Shown piece after piece: positions 56,763-64,000 of a DNA stretch of 64,000 nt. The stretch's first letter is position 1, and the number at the start of each line of letters is the position of its first letter. Both the position numbers and the translations under genes were made by a program. Source of the DNA: Leidyana gryllorum EB-2025a (lineage: Eukaryota > Protista > Apicomplexa); NCBI GenBank assembly GCA_048772705.1, contig JBLWGC010000230.1:1550001-1614000 (forward strand), given 5' to 3'. Under the pieces are notes generated by a model. That model was given only the letters and a program-made list of their open reading frames with translations, did no database searches and had not been told where the DNA came from.

Positions 56763-57863
56763 ATGGCTGATACCTTGTTTGCAGCATCGCTGCTAAATGT
56801 GCGGGAACAGCTTCGAATTGCCAAAGAGAGATCATTTCTGAGAGTCAGCACTGCCTTTCACAAAGATAGAGACCCCTACTTTGAACGTTTACGCGATATA
56901 GGCCAATCATCCCTGGAGGCTGCCGTGGTGACAGTTGTGGAAAGCACTGATCAGATCATCAAACAAGAGCCCTCAACACTCATAAATGAACTGTGGCCCT
57001 TGTTGGGCATCATAGGCCAGGATCCCACTCTGCTAGTGTCTTTCATCAGCGAGGCTACCAACCCAAACTGTTTAGAACAGGCCTTTGATTTGATCGCACT
57101 TGAGCTCTACCTCGACCAACCATCCTCGCAGATCGATTTAGCCATCAGTATGTACAAGAAGAGAGTGTGTACTGCAGCAGAGAAGGTTCAAATCGTTCTG
57201 GCGGTTTTTGGGGAGTTGAGTGATATCCTCGAAGCCCTACTCCGTACTGCTCCCAAGTTCGAAGGCGACAATTCCGATAAGCAGATGGTGGAATCAGCAG
57301 CCGCCTTCTGTACGTCTCTCTTAAATTCACTGTTCGCAGTCTTGCTGGAGGCCAGTCGGTTGGCGGTGACCAAAGGATTGTCCTCACACACTGAACGACG
57401 GGTGCATGAATTAGCACGCCAATTGTACTGTGGTCCGATCCATCTTGGAGTCAAACTGGATAAACTGGCGCAAGAGAATCGAATGGACATTATCGGAGAC
57501 GCGTTAAAGCTGTTGATAGATCGAATGCCCGAAATCGAGGAGTCAGAGCAAATGTTACTCAAACGGCGTCTCGAGTGGTTAGCGCAGCGACCAGAGTCAG
57601 CGCGATATCAGCCAATGCTGAGGTCGGCCATTAGCGTGATGGAGTATCAGATCAAGGAGCGCATGAAGATCCACAACATTCTGAGCACTGATCTGAGCAG
57701 CACACACGGGCACTACAAACAGTTCCAGAGAATGCACTGGCCTCTGTTCCAATTCTCCAAGTTCACGGGGAGTCTGTTGGATACAAAAAAAATGATTCGC
57801 TCCCGTTCAAAAAATGCCCAAACGCCCACCTCTCACCACCAGCAAGACAGAGAAGGCTCATAA
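56763..57863 (+). CDS. Hypothetical alpha-helical protein (366 aa)
   Basis: Uninterrupted ORF, Leu-rich; its 3' end overlaps the next gene by 50 nt. Confidence 0.7.
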   Translation: MADTLFAASLLNVREQLRIAKERSFLRVSTAFHKDRDPYFERLRDIGQSSLEAAVVTVVESTDQIIKQEPSTLINELWPLLGIIGQDPTLLVSFISEATNPNCLEQAFDLIALELYLDQPSSQIDLAISMYKKRVCTAAEKVQIVLAVFGELSDILEALLRTAPKFEGDNSDKQMVESAAAFCTSLLNSLFAVLLEASRLAVTKGLSSHTERRVHELARQLYCGPIHLGVKLDKLAQENRMDIIGDALKLLIDRMPEIEESEQMLLKRRLEWLAQRPESARYQPMLRSAISVMEYQIKERMKIHNILSTDLSSTHGHYKQFQRMHWPLFQFSKFTGSLLDTKKMIRSRSKNAQTPTSHHQQDREGS

Positions 57864-59223
57864 GAGAGCCAAGGTGGTTAATAAATCGGAGCCATCGGCG
57901 GTTTTGGGACAAGAGAGTGAACCCCCGGCTGAAGAGAACGATGAAGTTCGTTCGACCGACGACGGGAGTGTTGAGGGGGCGAAGAAGAAAGTGACATTTG
58001 GAGAATTGGGTCTTCATCCAGAGTTGGTGAAAGTATGTGAGATGAGAAAATGGTCTCATGCGAGCCCAATTCAAGCTGCGGCTATTCCTCCAGCTTTGGA
58101 AGGCAAAGATTTGATTGGTTTGGCTGTGACTGGGAGTGGTAAAACTGGAGCTTTCGTCTTACCGATTCTGGATCACATGCTTCGGGGTCGAACTCATCCG
58201 TTTTATGCGCTCTGTGTCACGCCAACTCGAGAGTTGGCCCATCAAATAGCTCAACAGTTCAATTTGTTCGGAGGTTCCTTTGCACTGAAGGTGATCACGC
58301 TGATGGGAGGTGGGAACCACACCGCTGAAGTGAAGTTATTGGCAAATGAGCCGCAAGTGATTGTGGCCACACCCGGTCGATTGGTGGATCACATAAGTAA
58401 CACCCAGGGATTTACACTGTCAAATCTCAAGTTTTTGGTATTGGACGAAGCGGACAAACTATTGAATCTCGACTTTGAGGAGGAAATCAAATTGATTGTC
58501 AAAGCGAGTTCCACTTCACGCCAGACATTCCTCTTTTCGGCCACCATGACTCACCAAATTAGCAAACTCCAGAAGCTCTCATTGCAGAATCCCGTCAAAG
58601 TCAGTGTTGATGACAAGACTTCGACAGCCGAGAATCTGACACAATATATGGCACTCGTGCCACCGGCTGACAAGTTTGCCTATACAGCCACTCTCGCTTT
58701 CAGACTCAAGACTTACAGAATGATCATATTCTGTAACACCTGCAAAATCGCCAACGTACTCTGTGCCTTCCTCAAGAGAGTCGGACTCGGCAGTGTTTGT
58801 CTCAGCGGAGATATGCGTCAGCAGTTCCGACTCGGAGCGATCCGTCAGTTCACCAAGAACGACAAGAACATATTAGTGACCACTGAAGTGGGAAGTCGAG
58901 GTCTCGATCTACCCGATGTTGATTACGTTATCAACTTTGACGTCCCCGCAAACTACAAAGACTATATTCACCGCGTCGGACGAACTGCCAGAGGCACCAA
59001 TAAAGGCATTTCGTACACTCTCGTCAACCAATATGATGTTGCGGATCTCGTCAAAATCGAGACCAAAACCAAGAAACCCATGCTACCCTTCACTGAGATA
59101 AAACCCGGACAATATGGAAACATCAATTACGCCGAACACAAAGCCGCTGCCGAGAAAGAATACGAAGAAGCCGTCAAAAAGAAGATCTTCCGCAAGAAAC
59201 ACGGCTCCAAAGATAAAAAGTAG
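57814..59223 (+). CDS. RRP3: DEAD-box rRNA helicase RRP3/DDX47
   Basis: Q motif TFGELGL...SPIQ, AVTGSGKTGAF, PTRELA, TPGRL, LDEADKLLNLDF, FSATMT, SRGLD, YIHRVGRTAR; basic termini. Confidence 0.9.
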   Translation: MPKRPPLTTSKTEKAHKRAKVVNKSEPSAVLGQESEPPAEENDEVRSTDDGSVEGAKKKVTFGELGLHPELVKVCEMRKWSHASPIQAAAIPPALEGKDLIGLAVTGSGKTGAFVLPILDHMLRGRTHPFYALCVTPTRELAHQIAQQFNLFGGSFALKVITLMGGGNHTAEVKLLANEPQVIVATPGRLVDHISNTQGFTLSNLKFLVLDEADKLLNLDFEEEIKLIVKASSTSRQTFLFSATMTHQISKLQKLSLQNPVKVSVDDKTSTAENLTQYMALVPPADKFAYTATLAFRLKTYRMIIFCNTCKIANVLCAFLKRVGLGSVCLSGDMRQQFRLGAIRQFTKNDKNILVTTEVGSRGLDLPDVDYVINFDVPANYKDYIHRVGRTARGTNKGISYTLVNQYDVADLVKIETKTKKPMLPFTEIKPGQYGNINYAEHKAAAEKEYEEAVKKKIFRKKHGSKDKK

Positions 59224-59489
59224 TCACGAGACACCTCTGCTGCCGGTCCAACAAGAGATGCGACACTCTCAGCCGGTCCAAGAAGAGATGCTCTCTTTTG
59301 TTCAATGATGCGTGCGTACTCATAAAACCACTTCTCTCTATCCATTAACACCTCGAGTCGGCACTCAGCCCCCATTGAGTATTGAGTAGTACCCAGTCTC
59401 CCCCGCCCCTTCAAACCTTAGCCCTTTAGTGGGTGGCCCCACGCCCGCCGTGTCGCCACAGTGTGATGGCCGAAATTTGACTATGGGGA

Positions 59490-60460
59490 ATGCGTGTCAC
59501 GGGTGGTGTGGAAAAGCGCCAGTGCACCACTGGATGGCCGACGTATGTTCAAATAGCAACTGGATGTGCTGCGCGAGCCGCTTGTGGGTACAGACTTGAA
59601 GGTGGAGAGGGCAATTTCTGGTGGCAGGGAGACGGATGACGAGTTTTTTGGGGCCATGAGGAAGAGCCTGGCCTACTGGGCGGAGCAGTCGGTCGATGAC
59701 GACGGAATTATGGGTGGCTACGGCCATCTCGGGTAAGTCTCGATGAGTTGCTGCTGGAGAGAGGCTAACATTCCCGGATTCAGAACGCTGGACGTCCGAG
59801 ACTCGTTGGCATTCTGGCGCAACTTGAAGGATAAGATAAAGTTGCCACCCAAGGCGTCAATACATTTGGCCGAGTTGGGCGGGGGGAATGGCCGTGTGAC
59901 TCTGAACGTCACAAGTCATATCGCCGCAAAAGTGAGTATCCAACGAGTCTGCCCTCTCATTGTTGGATCATCCTCAGATTAGTTTCTACGAACCGGTGGA
60001 GAAAATGCGACTGGTGGCGGAAGAGAGAGTAAAGAAGGCAAAGATCGAAGGCGTTAGCTTCTTCAACTCTACCCTTCAGGACTTCCGGCCTCCTCAGGAC
60101 ACCTTTGATGTCATTTGGATCCAATGGGTGAGTGAGAGCATCCGGATCAACTTGAACTCTATTCCACTTTGGCAGTGTACATTGTATGCGACTGACGAGG
60201 AGTTTGTTGATTTACTGCAACGCTGCAAGGCTGGGCTACGATCCTCTGCTGAGGGAGGAGAGGGAGTCATTGTGCTGAAAGAGAACACAATTTTGGAGGG
60301 AACAGAAGACGAAATTGACGACAGTGATGAGAGTGTCATACGAACAGCAAAGAAGACAGAGAGCCTCATTGAGCGAGCGGGTTTACGGACAATTCTGAAG
60401 CAGAGGCAACGAAACTGGCCAAGTGATGTATACCCGGTGACGACGTATGCTTTGACTTGA
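59490..60460 (+). CDS. NTMT1: Alpha-N-terminal protein methyltransferase (NTMT1/Tae1-like), multi-exon; start uncertain
   Basis: YWAEQSVDDDGIMGGYGHL, LAELGGGNGRVT, LQDFRP, FDVIWIQW, IVLKEN, DDSDESVIRT, WPSDVYPVTTYAL. Confidence 0.88.
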
Positions 60461-60483
60461 TATAAACTTTTTGGTGTGTATAT

Positions 60484-63400
60484 ATGTTGACTATACGACC
60501 TCGTCGTCGCCGAAGTGACGAGCGGGGGGGGGTACAATCGGACCGCAACCCGCCACGACTGAAGCCACGGACATTGGCAGTCTCATCATCTCTGCCCAAG
60601 ACACGCGGCAGTTTTGGACAGGATGTTGAAGCCTCAGCTCGAAGGATTCGCTCGTTCACGGGAGCAGCGACCAGCCCACCACCCCCCGCTGCGGCTGTTA
60701 ATCATGTACCGCAACAGATCAACATTCGAACTCCTGAACGACCTGAGACCTTAGTGACCGGATCGTCCACAAGGGGTACAGGGATCGACCGCTTCAGCGA
60801 ACTCAATGATATCCTCGCCGGCCGCCGCTATACTGCTCCGGGTGCCCAGACATTAAGGTTCGCTCGGACATTACGCAAGTTTATCGCACAAGACGCTATA
60901 CAATTTGCCATGAAGGAACGAGAAATCTATCAGGCGCTTCTCAACCGAGATGAGGTTATCACCTCACCCCCACCAACCAGAGCCTTCCGAGACGAAGAAA
61001 GTAGTGCGGTACAGAGCCGCAGCCTCAGTCAAGATTCTAGCGCCACCGCCAGTGGCAATGGAGACACAACTCAGCCTACATCTCAAAAGGCCTCTGCCGC
61101 AATGTCCAACAAAGTCTCGTCTTCCACCTCATCTGCCGAGTCCAATATGCATAGGCCTATTGTCCTTGAAACTTGGAGACATGTCTTTGTCACCCTCAGC
61201 AGTTGCGTACTCACCCTACGCTCATTCTCCCAGGTACACCGACTCAGTATGATCTGGGGTGGACGCGTTGTTCTGGTTCCCTGGCTCTTCTCCTTCTTCG
61301 TCATTTGTTTTCCCCTATTGATATTGGAACTTGCGATGGGTAATGCTTATCGCGGGGGTATCAGCAAGGTGAGCAGCCCTCCTCACAAAGACAAGGTCAC
61401 ACTTGTTAAAGTGTCTCATGTCGGCCTGCCCAATTTTCCGTAGTGTCGGTGTTGTCGCCTGGCTGGGATTGAGCTGGAAAATAAGTCAACAGGCTGGTAG
61501 GTCGCCACCCAATTGATACAGAGTATGGGCACTCAACACATATCCACTCCGTGTCTCCCTGCCCCCTACCCGCTCACACGCACACACACACACACGCGCG
61601 CGCAAGCGGCCTGCCAGTACGGACTTGGAGTGACATGTTGCGTTTTGGCAGTGGCCGCAAGTCGGGTGGCTATTACCTGTTTACAAATGTTTTCCGCTCA
61701 TCCATCATGGATAAGTCCAACGGACATACGTTTGGAATGCGAACAGACGCGACCGGATGAGACGTCTTGTGCTTTGAAAGAGGGTTGTCTTTTCATCGAA
61801 AGCGTGTGTACCGTTGACCCCCTGTACTGGGCAACTGTGTATAACCAAGACATTAACGCTGGGAAATTTGATCAAGTGGTGCTCATCGCCTGTTTTATGT
61901 GGGGGGCGTGTGCAATATCCCAAGGATTCCATCTGAGACCTGTCAGCTATCGTAGGTTTGCTCCCCTCAACTCTTAACGCCACCTAGCTCAGTGATCGGA
62001 ACCACCACACTGTTGGGTTTATTGGTCTTGATCTACTTTGCCTACCACGAGATCAATCAGATCTACGCTCAGAGCGGAGTCAGCTCGGAGTTTGCAGCTC
62101 GTAAGCTTTCTCTTGTACTCAGAGGCCTTTTGAGATGTAATATACCGAAGTGTCACTCGGATCACGCAGACAAAACAATGCTGCTTGGGACCAGTTATTC
62201 TCCCCAGGACTCTGGATGGCTAGCTTCCACATGGCCATCAACCTACTTGACCTCGGAAGAGGCATAATCCAAACCTGCAGCTCCATGGCACCGTAAGACT
62301 CGTCATCCCATAGCGTGACCACCTATATTCCCAGCTTCGGGTTCGATTTTATTCGTCTGGGAGTTTGGGTGGCCGGTGCGGCTGCTCTCGGAGGAGCCGC
62401 TATGATTGTCATTGGCGACAATCTGATAGCCAATGTGAGCGGTTGGGCGAGTCAGCTTTGGGTTCTATACTCCGTCAGATGTCGTACCGGACGGGCAAAA
62501 CCCATGAAGAGCTCAGAGCGTCCTTGCCGCACTTTTTCAATGTCTTGCTGCCTGCGACGGCCGACAACGTCCCTCACAAGAAATACATTGTAACTATCAT
62601 CCTGCTGTGTGTCTTGCTGTCTGAATTTGCCAGCATGACTTTCGCTGGGACCTGTCTGGCTGACAGTTTAATGGTAATCCTAAGATGAGGAACTCTTCAT
62701 TGTCGAATTTACTGTTTCGCGCGCGCCAATCAGAACATACAACTAATTGCGCAACGCAAACAAAGCCATTATATCACTTGCGCCATAATTGTTATTGTTG
62801 GAAGTGCTATGATTGCGGTTCAATTTGTTGCACCCGTGAGTCCGACACCCTCTCCTGCATCGCAGATCTCCTGCCGTATCCACAGCTGGACTTTCTCAAT
62901 GGCATCAACCTCCTGGGACCCTTGATGGTTCTATTCTTCGAGACGGTATTATACGGGTGGATGCTCAACTCTAGAAACCAAATACGGCATGTTGGAAGCA
63001 CGTCCAGTGAGTCCTTCCGTGTCGCTGCTCACATCTCCTCTCAGCTATGGGTTTGATCTTTTGTTACATTGTCCTCTTCGTCTTTGGCTTGTGTTTGGGG
63101 CTTCCGTGCCTCTTGACGCTCATGGAGACATCCCTGGGTGAGTGACTTTTGACCTCACCTTTCGTCCCCCTCACGTCCCGCTCAGATGTTGATGTAGCCG
63201 CGTGGGTCTATACGCTCCTTCCCATTGTCATCATAAGCCTGGTTGGTGAGTCTCAAACGTCTCCCGAAAGCCGCGTTTCATCGCTCTCTCTGCACTTAGG
63301 GCTGACGTCGTTGATTTTCATCCCAATGCTCCTCGCCCAGTCTGCCAAAACAACGGCCAACCACAAGTACGCCATGCGTCAAATGAAACCCTCGCCGATG

Positions 63401-64000
63401 CTGGACTTTGAGGCCGTGGCAGTCGATATCAACAGCAAGCGGTCTGTTGCTTGGCACGAGTCCTACTTGGCCCCCGACCAAAATTCATCAGATTCCGAAA
63501 GCAATGAGCAGAACATTATGGATACGGCACGAAGACATCTGGACTTTGAGTGGCGGCCACAAACCACCATTGAAGAAACGGTGTCGCACGACAGTGCCCT
63601 CACGAGCGTTAGTCTCTCACTGCAGCACCCGCCTGCCCAAAAATCACCAATGAGAACTCCGCAAAGACGCGCTGTTGTTGTTGAGCCACAGCGATCCGAG
63701 AGCCGTACACCCACTAAACAAAGCAACACAGCCGAGGTTCACGATCCGAGCAGCTCGTCTTCACACAATCTCTTGAAACATCACCAGGTGAGGGACTCCG
63801 CCGCACAATATTTATTCTCGCAGCACGCGTTGTGGTGGCATTATATGGGCAATGTGGAGATCCTCCGGTATGACTTGAACTGCTTCGCCGCAGAGCTTCA
63901 AGATGCTAATTACACAAGAAGGTTCCGTCTCACAATCCACTGGTCAATATGCATAAAGTTTATCGCACCCTTCCTGATCGTCCTTTTACTTTTCCACACC
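60484..64000 (+). CDS. Divergent SLC6 / neurotransmitter:sodium symporter-like membrane protein, multi-exon, runs off window
   Basis: Long disordered N-terminus, then VPWLFSFFVICFPLLILELAMG (TM2 pattern of NSS), several hydrophobic exons, LFFETVLYGW, and HWSICIKFIAPF at the window end (TM12-like). Confidence 0.65.
61576..61603. repeat. (CA)n(CG)n microsatellite, probably intronic
   Basis: acacgcacacacacacacacgcgcgcgc directly visible. Confidence 0.85.

Noticed and set aside
59400-59430. aaaccttagcccttta as a telomere-like repeat
   Set aside because: Only two degenerate units, internal location; not distinguishable from chance.
59490-60460. Functional link between NTMT1 and the RCC1 in this window
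   Set aside because: The predicted RCC1 N-terminus (MQPW) lacks the X-P-K methylation motif and the genes are ~47 kb apart.

Overview
Eukaryotic genomic DNA of moderate GC content, extremely gene-dense, with about 30 protein-coding loci, many split by short (mostly ~40-60 nt) canonical GT-AG introns. No rRNA, tRNA, CRISPR array or transposon was recognised. The gene content suggests a compact protist, most plausibly a gregarine-like apicomplexan (inference only): bacterial-type PepN/M1 aminopeptidase, PreP/falcilysin-type M16 peptidase, secreted integrin-beta-like vWA protein, RCC1 with a RanBP2-type zinc finger, and Hsp70s with GGMP repeats. Recognisable genes: two tandem extended-SDR reductases, a GT34-like glycosyltransferase, a large RCC1, a Rab8/Rab1-like GTPase, REV1, two Cof-type HAD phosphatases, an M16C peptidase, a vWA adhesin-like protein, a four-member Hsp70 array (two canonical, one truncated/divergent, one pseudogene) plus a separate NBD-only Hsp70, a PEX4-like E2, eIF3m, an active and a predicted catalytically dead aminopeptidase N pair, RRP42, RRP3/DDX47, NTMT1 and a degenerate SLC6/NSS transporter. 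Most notable observations: (i) near-zero or negative intergenic spacing, a ~29 kb run of co-oriented genes, and a recurrent A/T tract just upstream of most start codons; (ii) intact pseudo-enzyme paralogues beside or near active copies; (iii) an RCC1 fused to a RanBP2 zinc finger and a histone-H1-like tail; (iv) an integrin-beta-I-like secreted protein. Exon boundaries were read by eye and all family calls come from motif recognition, not database searches.
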